Shown here one piece after another: positions 10,931 to 23,848 of a stretch of DNA of 38,322 nucleotides. Within the stretch, counting starts at the first letter, position 1; each line of letters opens with the position of its first letter. The notes under the pieces are model-generated. The model worked only from the letters and a program-made list of their open reading frames with translations. It had not been told where the DNA came from and searched no databases. Source of the stretch: Octopus bimaculoides (lineage: Eukaryota); assembly GCF_001194135.2 (NCBI RefSeq), contig NC_068985.1, forward strand, positions 89,544,382 to 89,582,703, read 5' to 3'. Both the position numbers and the translations under genes were made by a program.

Positions 10931-12327
10931 AGGCTCCCCAAGTCATCCGACATAGGGAGGATTAAAATATGCCATAAGACGTACACTTATGTATTGTTCT
11001 AATGTACCAAGAATTACTTCTAGTTTTGGAACGCAAGATTTTCCTTTGGTAGGTTAGGTATACATGTGTATTCTATGGGTGTACGTTGAAGAGTTTAAAA
11101 GATATGTATAGAAATACGATGCTTGCATGTTAATCAGAGTCTATGAAGACAATGCTCAGAAATTGATCTATCGCAATTAAATGCCATGACAGTATTTCCG
11201 GTTGCTGTTATAAGATACACACCTCTGTGGAGACACCTTGTGTCTTAAACTAGATTGGAAACTCACAGTGGTTGCTTGACACTCCAAAGATGTAAAATGT
11301 TTATGAAACTGCAAAGCCACTACGTATACTCGAGATAGCATTTTATGATATATGATTTACGCGCAGAGAATATTAATTACTAGCTCATATTTTCAGATAT
11401 ATCAAATTGGTTAAAATATAAAATACAATGAAAATAATTACAGCGTCTATTTCATGTGTATTTTATGATTTAACTATTTACGCCATCAAATTAAATTTAA
11501 TGTAAATTTATCAATCTGCTGCCGAATTTACTATTTGATACGTTTAATTAAATAGCTAATTGGCAAAGATTTTAGTGTCGAGATACAATGATTTACCGTA
11601 TTTGCACTCTGCTTCTGAGCGAGTCCGACTTCGACGGTTATGACGGTGTAATCGTTACGTTGTTTCGCTACCAGTCTTGAGTTGAAGTCAATTATTTTCT
11701 CCTTTCTTTCAACATGTTTCCTCTTAGTGTCGACACTTCACCAGAAGAAATATTCGAGATAAAAACACTCACAGGCACATTTAGCCCTACGCAGTTAAAG
11801 TTTAAAATGAGAAGCTAGCAAATTCTTTTCATAGAAGAAACATATTGGGAAATATGTCAATTTATTGGTTTGCTTAAAATTTTTGACGCAGAAGAGTTTT
11901 CACAGGAAATATTGTCGTTAATTCTGCAATAAATAAACACACGCGTATCTTTTTTGTTCTGAATAATTATTTTCATTTTAATAACAGAACTAAAAATCAA
12001 CTTGGTGTGGTATATTTTCAAGCCCATTTTAAATACATGACAAAATTCATAGTAATTCCTCAACACTTTCTCCCAAGGACAAGCGAATAGTATAAAGCAA
12101 AACAACATGCGTTTCTATCCAACACTTTTGAAGATATTTACAACGGACGATAGTCTCAACTGCACCAGCTTGTCTCAAAATCTCAGATCATGCGCCTCAA
12201 TCTAAAAGAGTTTATATTAATTTTATTACCATTATTAATGTTGTTGTCGTTGCTCCTAATGTAGTCGTTAATGTTTTTGAAGGTGTTATTGATGGTGGTT
12301 TCTTTGTTATTTGCCTACAAATATATA

Positions 12328-12359
<32 letters not shown>

Positions 12360-13038
12360 CGTTTGTATTCAATGAAAATATATGAAATATAATGCGAAAA
12401 CCATTAGTTTATTATTGAATTCGATTTGTGACCTTATATTTTAAAGCCCTCGGTAATTCATGGAAGCACAAGAGGAAGGAAATATATGTTAGAACATTTT
12501 GAATCTTTTTAGAAATTTTATGTCAATAGTACAACAACGAATTCCAAAAAATGAATGGATTTGTGCTTTGATTTAGTTTGAAGATATTTCTTGTAAACTT
12601 TCGAATGTTTTTGTTTTTGGTGTCGAGGATGAACAAATTATTGAAAATTAAATACAGGACGAAAATAATCATAGAAATGATGAACAAACTTGGTATTGGT
12701 GATAAAACGAGAAAATAAATTTATGATATTTTCATAGGTATTCTTGGGAAATCGATATTTTGAAATTTTTGAAATTCTATCCTTCAATAGCAACTCTAGC
12801 AAACGATATTATTCATCATGTTTAACTTTAATAAATATTACTCACAAGAAATCAATGCAAAGGAAACAAGGTTTTGTCTTGAAGCATACAATATATTTAT
12901 ATTTCGTGATAGGTTTGTGTTTATCTGAATTCAAGAGCAACAGATTAATAAAAAGATGGAGGAATACAACCTAACTTCAGACGCTGTTTTGATATATTTA
13001 CACGTTATTATTCTACATCAAGTTAAAGAGAACAGCAC

Positions 13039-13049
13039 CATTATTATTA

Positions 13050-13087
<38 letters not shown>

Positions 13088-13216
13088 ATTATTATTATTA
13101 TTATTATTAACAACAACAACAACAGCAACAACAAAAATAATAACAACAACAACACCAACAACAACAACAACAACAATAATAATAATAATAATAATGATAA
13201 TAATGACGATGATGAT
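13039..13216. repeat. Compound trinucleotide microsatellite (ATT)n-(AAC)n-(AAT)n-(GAC/GAT)n
   Basis: Directly visible; directly abuts the 5' end of the R4/Dong fragment. Confidence 0.97.
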
Positions 13217-13525
13217 AAGGAAGAAAGAAATGTCAAGAGATATGACAGGTTAGCTTGGGAAGTGAAGCAGTTTTGGTCGATAAAATAGGTAGCGGTAGTA
13301 CAAATAATTGTCGGAGCCCTGGGGACAGTGATTAAAAATCTCGGGAAATACGTAGAAAAAATAGGGGCTGAAAGAAGGGTGGAGCACTTACATAAAACAG
13401 AACTGCTTGGAACCGCTCGAATACTCCAGAAGGTGTTCGAAAAATAAGAGGTGTTACCTTAGTTTACTGGGTAATAACAGCTGACAGTGTAGTACATTTC
13501 CAGCATTAGAAACTGTGCAAATGCA
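13211..13525 (+). mobile_element. 5'-truncated R4/Dong-clade non-LTR retrotransposon (restriction-like endonuclease C-terminus plus 3' UTR)
   Basis: One frame, 13211-13447: DDKEERNVKRYDRLAWEVKQFWSIK*VAVVQIIVGALGTVIKNLGKYVEKIGAERRVEHLHKTELLGTARILQKVFEK*. This matches the KE..K..KY..LA.E....W....V.P.I.GALG...K..L...........LQK..LLGTA.ILR.VL signature, with one internal stop. Confidence 0.92.
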
Positions 13526-13540
13526 ACAACCGCAAGAACA

Positions 13541-13570
13541 GCAACAACAACAACAACAACAACAACCACT

Positions 13571-13602
<32 letters not shown>

Positions 13603-13605
13603 AAC

Positions 13606-13639
<34 letters not shown>

Positions 13640-13692
13640 ACAATGATAATAATAATACTACTACTACTAATAATAATTATAATAATAATATA
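13541..13692. repeat. Compound microsatellite (AAC)n-(GAC)n-(AAC)n-(AAT/ACT)n
   Basis: Directly visible, at the 3' flank of the R4/Dong fragment. Confidence 0.97.
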
Positions 13693-14031
13693 TTGATTTT
13701 AGTTAACGTTTGCTACAAACATAAAACAGAAATAAGCCCAATGAATGAGGATACATTGAGTAGTATCGTTCTAAAATCAAAAATTAATTTATACTAGCAT
13801 TATAAGGATTCTGCGGATTATTGAATATTAATGTTTTTATCCGTAATATAACGGGTATCTTTGGATGTGAGGTTTTACAACAATGTGTAGAATAAGGAAA
13901 TATATCATACATACAATAATTATAATCCAAAAGTTTTAGTTTTGTATACCTATACGAAATGATTAAATTAAATTTTAATTTCGAAAACAAAAATACTTAT
14001 TTCCTTGCAATAAACTGAAATAAAAAAAAAA

Positions 14032-14330
14032 CGTGTCTGTCCGGTAAGACGCTTGCTTTCGAACTACGTGAGTCTCGGTTGGCCCCACTGCGTTGTATCT
14101 TAGGCAACTGTCTTTTACTATCTCCTCAGCTTGAACAAAGCCGTTAATAGATTTGCTAAAACAACTTTCTTCTATATATACATATGTGTCTGTTTGTGTA
14201 TGCCATTCCTGTCCTCTTTGTTTGTCCTCTGGCAGCACTGGGCTGCTTTTATCGTAACTCAGAGGTCCGTGAAAAGATACAGGTTGAATAAGTGCTGTGG
14301 TTTGATTTATTCGCTTAAACTACCGTCAAA
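14032..14330 (+). mobile_element. SINE family A, degenerate near-full-length copy
   Basis: GGTAAGACGCTTGCTTTC.AAC.AC.TG..CCCACTGCGT..CTTAGGCAA.TGTCTTTTACTAT..CAAAGCC; 3' part TAACTCAG.GGT.CG..AAAAGA..GAATAAGT.CTG.GGT..GATTT.TTCG. Confidence 0.7.
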
Positions 14331-15139
14331 ACGCTGTCTTTCTCTCTATTTCTCTCTCTTCTGTATCTCTCCCTCTACCTTTCTCTATACGGGATACGGA
14401 GCGTGTCCCGAGAAATCGTGCAAACGACCAACTAACATATCTATAAACAGTTATTATATACAGATATTAAAACTCTTATAAATATCCTGATATTTGAAAC
14501 TGAAATGCACTCACATACTTCGGATTTGAAGATATACGTTTAGACACAATGAAAGCAAGGCCATTATCCATCGGAAAATAATCAATATGTAACAAGTCGT
14601 TGTTCTTTAGCCATTTCCACAACACCTGCCAGCTACAATCTAAAATAAGAAACTGTGCCCTTTAGCATCTCACAGCCTGTTACATTTTGCATCTAAGTGC
14701 TTTGGGACATAGCATTCGAATTTCAGAATATTTCCTTCTGTTTTCGAGATTCCACCAATGTATTCTCGTCATTGTATGCTATGCTCTTACAGAGGAATAC
14801 CAAAAGATTTTCGTCGCCTCGATTTACAGGTACATACAACCACCCTCCACCAGCACGGTTTCGACATTTCTAGTTGTGCCACTACGCAGACGTACAAGAC
14901 AGTTGCGAAAGTACATCTACCCTCCTCAAGTCCATAAGTCATCCAGCTCTCATATTGTCCCCCATCATTAGTCTACAAAACACTAAGACATCAACTTAAT
15001 TACTATGACAGAGAAACAAAAATTTCTGTCCCCACTTACATTGCAAATATGCTAGTTTAGATTTCCTGTTATCAACACAGTTTTCAACCGTCATCGATTA
15101 ACTGATTTACAGTTTTCAACTGTGTCATCGATTATATGA

Positions 15140-16005
15140 TGACCAAGTTCTGTGAGCGAGTTTTTAGCATTACCTTCCAGAAGTAACACCTTACCGACCT
15201 GGAGTATGCGGATGATTCCACGCTGTTCAGCAACTCGATCGATCATATCAAGGACGCACGGATCAAATACAAAGAAGACTCAGAAAAACTTGGCCTTCAG
15301 GTGTGTTGCGCAAGGAACAACCTGGTGCATATCGGAACCAGCCCAACGTCGTGGAATTTGCTCAGCGCCTTCGTTTACCAGGGCTCCACTCTCACAGACT
15401 ACGAAAACCTGAAACCGGACAACAACCGCAGATGTGGTCTGGCTGTTTGGGTCATTTATCACTTATGGAAATCCTTTTGGCACCACTGCTCTATTTCTCG
15501 GATAACGAAGCTCCGCATCTACAATGCATCGGCTCTCTACATTGTGCACCAGGGAGCAGAAACGTGACTCCTCTCGAAGTCCCTGGCAAACGAGATTGAT
15601 ATATCGATAGCAGAACTGTGAGAACCTTTGAGATAATCAGATGGCACCATGAAGTTTCTTACAATGAACAGAGTGCGCACAGTTATCAGCCTGCATCCTG
15701 CCACCTCATAGCTGACTATGGCATGCGGTAATACGAAAATGTGTCCTTCTCTCTCTAGATCATCCTTCCAGAGCTTTATTCTCATTCGAAGCAGCAGCTG
15801 CAGGGTGGAAAAGGGTTCGTGGCAGGCCTGCAAGAAATAGTTGGGCGTGATTGAGGAAGATTTCCAGGGGCTCTATGTCACCTTGCGGGATACAGAGGGG
15901 CCGGTACGGTATCGCTAGCGATGGAGAGAAGTGTTAAACCAGGTCGCCTTAACGCAGACCTCTATTCTGAGATGACACTAGTCCCATCATGCAAGAACAA
16001 CAAGA
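15140..16005 (+). mobile_element. Decayed RTE-clade LINE, 5'-truncated within the reverse transcriptase domain
   Basis: Frame with LTDLEYADD (YADD at 15205-15216), then FVYQGS, RRCGLA..LWK.FW...ISRITKLRIYNAS....GAET*; later IIRW..VS..E and GWKRVRGRP. These are RTE ORF2 motifs with stops and frameshifts; the element ends near a CAAGAACAACAAGA tail. Confidence 0.93.
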
Positions 16006-16975
16006 AAGCATCAGGGAAAATTACAATTTTTGGTTACATAACAGAATTCACACTGGAAATATGCGAAATGAGTCAGCCATGATAATTATTTTAGCTCATT
16101 AAACTCGTAAATGCGAATTGATTACTCATTTTGTATATTATAATTAATCAGAAGTGAGTCACACTCCTCATACGGGATAACTTCATGTATCTCACATACA
16201 TCTACTGAGGGAATCTCAATAATGTCATTCATATTAATATCATATATATTGTTTCTGTATATCCAAAATCTTCATTTATTCTCGTTAAATGTTTGGATTT
16301 ATGGTTAAGATAGAGAAGTAAAGTGATATTGGAATATTCTGCTACGTAAATAGAAGGCTAATGACATTGTTGATGTAATATTTGAAAGGGAGGTATTCAC
16401 GTTCTTAATTCATAGCTAGATGGTTACTTGTGTAAATATATCCAGTTTTGAAACAAAACATTTTATAACTTGAATAAGAATAGCACTACCTCCGAACCGT
16501 TTTCAGTTAATTACGTTTATATTTTCTCAACCTTAACATTCACTGTTTATAAACCTATTAAATATGGCGAAACCATCTAACTGCAAACAGTATAATGGCA
16601 AATTTGTTAACTGTCACAAAGTCTCTAAATTAAATGTAAACACGAAACCAAATTTGATCGAAGCGCCAGCTGAAAAATATATATTTCCAGAAGTTTCAAA
16701 ATACACGGTTATTAGACGAGAAGTAATTGTCATTTCAACTCATTTTTCAAAATTACACTTTTATTAAGGTATCCCCTCCCTGAATAAGGGTGAAATTTCT
16801 ATGGCATTGAAAGTACAAATTTTACTAAAGTCGCTTGTCTTTGATAAACACCACTTATAAGAACTTAAGTAAAGATTACCTCATTTACTTAAAAAAATAT
16901 CGCATCAAAATCCAGCTCTTACTATTTGTCTAATAAAAGTTCTCCTCAATTTTATAATGATTCACTCTTTTCCTT

Positions 16976-16977
<2 letters not shown>

Positions 16978-17012
<35 letters not shown>

Positions 17013-17042
17013 ATATCTATATATATATATATNNNNNNNNNN

Positions 17043-17084
<42 letters not shown>

Positions 17085-17125
17085 CTAGCTATCTATCTAT
17101 CTAACTATCTATCTACCTATCTGTC
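16978..17125. repeat. (CTAT)n/(TA)n microsatellite around a 10-N gap
   Basis: Directly visible. Confidence 0.95.
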
Positions 17126-18369
17126 TATTTATATGATACTGGATGTCCTTGCATGATGCGAATAATTATTAGGAAAATTATTCCTTACATCTGTAAATAA
17201 AATCGCAGTTGACAGGAAGCGCTTGAGAACATGTCTGAATCTGGATATTTAATGTTAGTTGTGTAATTGAGTCGTAGATTTGACAGAGAAACGATGGATA
17301 AAGCAATAAATGAGAAGGGTAAATAGACGAAACCTCATAACAGACTTGTATGATGTTTGAAGTCTCATTTTCAGGACACGCACCAGTGCGACTGTAAATC
17401 TGTCATTTTATTCCAGTCACCATAATCAGCAAAGACCCAACATCTTAATCCGCCAACATAAATAACATCGGTTTCTCTTTAATGTCTTCTTGTTAGTAAT
17501 TACACTGGAAATACTATATCTAATTAAAGACGACTTTGTTTACAGAAGATGCAATGTTAACAACGAAATCTCATAAAACGAAACATATCCCTTGAAATCC
17601 TATTATATGCGTGTATTTACATATATGCACACACAAATACACACATATGTATATATTCACACACAATCATTTATGCGTTTTTGTAGATCTGAACGAATGC
17701 ATTGCTTTAGGGATTAACTGCAGTTGCGTGCGAGTAATTAGTACAACATTACCGACGGTATGAGCTATTAAAAGCAACAGATTTCTGTGAATGTTTTAGT
17801 TAACACTTCATAGATATAGCGAGCAGATGAAAAGGAGATACTTAAATTGTATGATCTCCAATTATTTTCCATTAAGAAAAAGAAAATAACGCAGTAGAAG
17901 AGAAATTTAAAAAAAAAAGTTACTGGGAATAGGCCATTGATAATGTATGAAGAAACAACCATGAAAAATGCCTAAATTATAAATGCATGGAAACAATACA
18001 TAGAACAGAGAACAGACTTTTACTCCGATATTTTAAATATATTAAATTACTAGCTTCCTCAACAGATCGTTACCTGTAATTATCTATTTTAGATCATTTG
18101 TCTCGCTCTAAACATTTCTTTGATCAATCTTTTCATCATACTCATTATTTACAAATGCAACAAATGTTATGTATATTTATACATTGGTACAGACCCCTAC
18201 ACACTCCTCTCACCTATAGATCTTACTGATGCTACCCGCCGTGCAGTTAATATTCTTGTATGCTTTGTTATGCATCTATCAATGACTATACATCTTCAAC
18301 AATTATTTGCAATTTTCTACATGTTTTGGGACTCTCTCTCTATATATAAAATATTATATACATATACAA

Positions 18370-18370
<1 letters not shown>

Positions 18371-18412
<42 letters not shown>
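18371..18412. repeat. (GT)n microsatellite
   Basis: Directly visible. Confidence 0.97.
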
Positions 18413-18414
<2 letters not shown>

Positions 18415-19649
18415 AAGTATAAAAGTATATGTGAACGTGGAAAATAACATATCGTCAATTACGACTGATTTAGTAACGTACTGTGTCCTTTCAAAATTGT
18501 ATTATTTTTTCTTTCATTTTCTTTCCCGTGATATGACTTCTAAATTTATAAATAATGAATACTATTAACGGAAAAGATGAGAGCAACAAATATCTCCTGG
18601 AATATCAATCAGAAGTTTCTAAAATAAGCTCAACCATAATTAAAGAAAGTGTATATGTCTCTTCCTGCTGATTATATAAGGAAAAATGCATTTTGGCTTT
18701 TGTTGTTTCTTTTTTCAAAGAGAAGCATGTAGAACCAATAGATTTATGTGGAATGTTTTAATTAGAAAGGAATTCAATAAAATATTGTCATAAATATTCT
18801 ATGGAAAAAGTCAGTCAGAAAAAATAGAAAGGACAATTAATTATATTTTACTAACGAGATATTTCATTAGGTTGTCCCAGCAATCTAAGTTCAAATTCAG
18901 ATGTCGTGGAACTTGTGGCTCATGAATTCAAAACCAGTATTTCAAATGCTTGTAATTGTTTTGTGAACCCGTTTTTCTTAATTTGTTGACTAGAAAATTA
19001 AATAGTGCAAAATAGTTACCACTCCCGAAAAAATATCGTGACACCAACAGTTATAGTTTTCTAACAGCAAAAAACCCTTTCAGAAATATATTAGTGAAAT
19101 TTGCTACAGTTTCTAATCCACAAAAAATAATGATAGTTTTCCTTGGTCGAAACATTTGGTAAAAATTGGACTAAATGCATCTTAGTGCTATTGAGTTATG
19201 GTAACCGTTGTTGCATACAAATGTTTTCATACTGGATATAATACTCCAGTTATCAATCTAAACGTTCGACAATTACTTAGCGACAAATTGACTAATACCG
19301 AGTGATAAGTACTCAGTTGATACTACTGAATAAAGGGGACGGGGTTGTCGTCACAACACGCTATCTTTTGATAATGCTAAAGATTAATAATGCTAAAGAT
19401 AGGGTTATACTTTCCAAAATATTCATAACGAGGAGGTGTTAATAAGAATTATACTTGTTTTACGTATTTCAAGTTGAATTTTCTTCAAAGAAATGCCAGC
19501 CAAAATCAGAGAATCTCTCATATACCTTGGCAGCACTGTGCATGACTCTGGAACCTGTTATTGTAGAGAAATCATTTTTTATGTGTTCAGAAAACATAAT
19601 ATTTAAAAGCAATTTCAGAAATAATTGTTTAAACGGAAAGGCAAATCTT

Positions 19650-19790
19650 CAGATCCACCTGCTTCACACGTCAGATGTCGAAATGATAGCAGAGCAACGT
19701 GTAATGAAGTGCTTTGCTCAAAAACACAACGAAACGTCTAGTCTAGGAATCGAACCGTGAGTGCAACACCTTAACCACTAAGTCATGTAC
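19650..19790 (-). mobile_element. tRNA-derived SINE, family D
   Basis: Reverse complement reads CATGACTTAGTGGTTAAGGTGTTGCACTCACGGTTCGATTCCTAG..TTGAGCAAAGCACTTCATT..GTTGCTCTG..CATTTCGACATCTGAC (A- and B-box-like motifs), matching 33645-33815. Confidence 0.85.
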
Positions 19791-21074
19791 CTATGCAGAC
19801 ATAAGTGCGTTCGCTCACGTGTGTGTGTCTCTGTGTGTTGTATTTGAAGGTGCGTACAGATAGTGTATATTGAGAAAAAGAAGGCAGTCAGCATTTTGGA
19901 TAATTCTTTATTAGCGCTTTCGTTGGTTTATGGTAAACGTCAACTCAAAATCAAAATCAAGATGGTAGAAACATAATGTTTCCTTGTTTATTTCTATGAA
20001 ACAAATGCTATGTTGCTTAATTTAGAAGAGGAGACACACAGATACACAAACACAGACACAGACACACACACACCCACACACACAAGCATGTATAAAAAAC
20101 ATCTATATAGGCATATAATTACGTATATATGTATGCACCCACATATCTATGCATGCATACACAGTGGCGTATTATACAAACGTCAATTATCCAAAGCCTA
20201 ATTATTCATTGACAGTGAAATTGGGTCCCCGGAATGGTCTAGAAACCTAAGCAGTACATTGTACTTCTAACTGAAAAAAAAAAACAAAAAAAAAAACTCG
20301 CACATTCTTCTACGCATTCACGCAAGCTTGGAATGAAAATTACACAATGTGTAAACGCGTACGCAGAGTTGGTGACCAACTTGACCAACTAAATTAATGT
20401 TCTCTATTCAACGTATAGGTCCCATATTGCAAACATAATATAGTTACTTTCATATATGTCGTATACAAAAATATATTAAGGTATATATCTGATCATAACA
20501 AATCCCATTCGATTTGGATGTCGCATAATGTCTTCCGAATATATAGTATCCTTTTCTCTCTTTCTCATAATCAGGTTACTTTTTATGGAAGAAATAATTA
20601 GCTTTCACTCCAATGGATGTTGATTTATCCATTATCCCCAAAAATAGCGATTCCAAAAAAATCGCGAAGGTCTTATGCGATTCTACAAAAGGTTTGCCTA
20701 CAGAAAATTGAAATATTAATGAATTCCTAGCGAATAAAATATGTAAAGGTTTACTTAAAGAATATCCTACCGGATGTGTATAAATATTTTTAAAAAAATG
20801 TATTGCACAGAAGAATATAAATACTGAATTTCGAAGAAACGTATTTTAAGATAAGGAAATCTTCAGCGTGAACGAAAATATCATTTGCATTAATAAGCAG
20901 CGGAATCCATGGACTGCATTTATTTCAGTACTAGAAGTAAAAATTACTTTCTCCCTGAGCGAAGGATAATCTTATCCTTTCTTCTGTTTATATATTTCAT
21001 TTTGTTTCATATCGGAAGTACAACTGAAATAACTTCGAGCATTTAGTCTTGTTTTACATTATCACTATCAGTAA

Positions 21075-21159
21075 ATACACACACACACAAACACACACAC
21101 ACACACATATATGTATGTATATATGTATATATAGGGAGAGATAAATATGTGTATATGTT

Positions 21160-21218
<59 letters not shown>

Positions 21219-21440
21219 ATGTGTGGGTGGGTGTGTGTGTGTGTATGTACATATATATATATACATATATATGCGTGTGTGCGTGTGTGTGTGTGTATCA
21301 AACGAACACATCATACTTGAACTCTCAGCAATATATATTTACTTACATACAAAAACATGCACATATATATGTATGCGCAAATACATACATGCACATATGT
21401 GTGTGTGGGCGGGTGTGCGTGTGTGTGTGTGTATGTGTGT
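21075..21440. repeat. Mixed (CA)n/(TA)n/(TG)n microsatellite cluster
   Basis: Directly visible; source of the many overlapping spurious ORFs in the track. Confidence 0.95.
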
Positions 21441-22292
21441 GGCCATACTGATCGTTATATGCAAACTTTTTTTTTTTTTTACATTGATGAGGAATAAACT
21501 TTCTCTGATTTGCACAACATTTATGAGAAAGAAGTTTCACATTTTACTAAAAGAAAAAAAAAACACCTTCAATTTTAATAAATGAATATTTGCATTCTTG
21601 AAATATTTTTTCATTGAAATGTCACTCTGTTTTTAATTAACCCAAGAGGGTAAATGAAAAGCGGTGAACGAAAGATAATATTCGCTGGAAAATATATCCT
21701 ATATTTGAATCGTAGCTAGATGTAACCGAATTTGTATATGTGTGTGTGTAAGAGTGACTTAGCGTAATTTCAAATATCATTTTGGTGCAACAAAATACGA
21801 AAAAAAAAATACATATATCACGTGTTGATAAATGAAAATATAAAATCAATGATAATAATGAGATTCTGTACCAAGAAAATTGTCGTGATCAGTTCCCCTA
21901 CACCGATCATATCACGTCGATTTGGGGAGCGTTAAATACTTATCCACGCTTATCTATGATGCACTTAAACTACACAGGAGTCGTTTTTACACAAAATAGG
22001 ATGGAGATATTCCCAGTGCTGTTAAATGTGAGTTTTGTTTATGTGTGTGGGGAAGCAAAGATATTTACATTTTAATGTTTAACATTAGGTAGGATTAAGT
22101 GCTGGTTCCTTTCCAACACAAAGTACAAACTGCCTATATACACATCTTCACTACCAGGGAACTGGTTTCTTGGAAGACAGCATTTATAGAAACAAAAGCT
22201 CGCAACTGACATCGTGTTAAACACGTCATTATATATTTCAAACTATCATTAAAATCCTGAAAAAAGAAGTCTCGCTCAGTATGTTAGCGCAA

Positions 22293-22560
22293 TGCCACAT
22301 TCCTTCGGCACTCCGTCGGTTACAACGACGAGGGTTCATATTGATCGGATCAGTTGAGCAGGCTGCTCCTGAAATTAACGAGCAAGTGGCTGAGCATTCA
22401 GTGATTCCGCGTGACGCAGTGTGTGACAAGGCTGGCCCTTTGAAATACAGGTACAACAGAAACAGGAAGAAGGAGTGACAACGCCCGGTCTGGGAATCGA
22501 AACTGCGATCCTACAACCGTGAGTCCGCTACCCTAAACACTGGGCCACTGCACCACCAGG
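22293..22560 (-). mobile_element. SINE family C with tRNA head, apparently internally deleted
   Basis: Reverse-complement head GGTGCAGTGGCCCAGTGTTTAGGGTAGCGGACTCACGG..AGTTTCGATTCCCAG has A- and B-box-like motifs; body matches 4330-4553. Confidence 0.9.
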
Positions 22561-22626
22561 CAATGTCATATAGTCAGTAGACACAAACGCACACGCACAC
22601 ATAAACATATGTATAGCTTTTAGCTT

Positions 22627-22850
22627 GTATTTGTTTCAGTTATCAGACGGCGGTCATGCTGGGGCACAACCTTGAAGAATTTTAGTCGAATGAATCGACT
22701 TCGTACTTTGTATTTCTAAATTCTGGTACTTATTCTATGGATTACTTATGCAGTGCTGCTTTATTTCGTGGACGTAAACACGCCAACACCGGTTGTCAAT
22801 CGGTAGCGGGAGCAAACCACAGGGTCAAAGACACACACATCGATATATTC
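22627..22850 (-). mobile_element. SINE family A, 3' half
   Basis: GTTTCAGT..GGTCATGCTGGGGCAC..TAGTCGAATGAATCGAC..GGTACTTATTCTAT..GGACGTAAACAC.CCAACACCGGTTGTCAA is the reverse complement of the 3' segments seen at ~9200 and ~14260. Confidence 0.8.
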
Positions 22851-23178
22851 ACATATTTGTGTGTAATACGATATATGACAATTATTCCGTTGCCATAATA
22901 ACACTCCGAGTTTAGAATGTCAAGGTGGAAAGCTGCACTGTCATATCTTCAGTTATCGAAGCAATCAAAAAATGCTATGAAGATGACCGTTAAACAAAGG
23001 GAAATTACTATGTCGTTGTCCGTTATTCAGACAAAATAGCTATTAGAATGACCCGACATCCGAAACTCGGAGTTTTATTATAGCAACTGAATAATTGCCA
23101 CATATTATATTACAGATAAATTCCTCCATTTACATAATATCATGGTCTCTTTGATTGTTTTGTTGTCCTACATTACTG

Positions 23179-23216
<38 letters not shown>

Positions 23217-23457
23217 NNNNNNNNNNNNNNNNNNNNNNNNNNNNNNNNNNNNNNNNNNNNNNNNNNNNNNNNNNNNNNNNNNNNNNNNNNNNNNNNNNNN
23301 NNNNNNNNNNNNNNNNNNNNNNNNNNNNNNNNNNNNNNNNNNNNNNNNNNNNNNNNNNNNNNNNNNNNNNNNNNNNNNNNNNNNNNNNNNNNNNNNNNNN
23401 NNNNNNNNNNNNNNNNNNNNNNNNNNNNNNNNNNNNNNNNNNNNNNNNNNNNNNNNN

Positions 23458-23491
<34 letters not shown>

Positions 23492-23848
23492 TTATATAAA
23501 TAAGGATAAGATCGATATTTAAAATACTGATTTTATCAAGTGGCCAACGGGAATAATCCCATGTAAGTATGCTGTATGTTTATATATATATATATATATG
23601 TTTGTGTGTATGTACTTTTCTGAGTATATTCCACCGATGAAGGCAAATCATTTATTATGCAAAGCCAGAAATCCGGGATCTGGAATTATCCAGTTATCTT
23701 TACTAGTTTACTTTGTCTTCGTCTTCGCTCTTTGTGCTGTATGAACATTTATTGTGGTTTACAGTCAAGATTTGACTGCTATTTTTCAGCGTGACGGTAT
23801 CTCTTAGATACCCTATATTATAATTTTAAATATATATATATATATATA

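Noticed and set aside
19455-19760. Shared SDVEM..EQ..MK.FAQ.H peptide with ORF 33401-33766
   Set aside because: Both come from antisense reading of SINE-D.
21835-22036. Open frame of ~65 codons with an AAT|GTGAGT donor
   Set aside because: No pyrimidine-rich acceptor and no recognisable domain.
22480-22560. tRNA-like sequences (also 1500-1570, 19730-19790, 31080-31168, 38070-38135)
   Set aside because: They are SINE heads continuing into SINE bodies and do not form complete cloverleaves; not called as tRNA genes.
23541-23562. Micro-exon WPTGIIP| with a GTAAGT donor, resembling the astacin WPxGxIPY start
   Set aside because: Weak acceptor, only 7 codons, and no HExxHxxGxxH or other astacin exon anywhere in the window.
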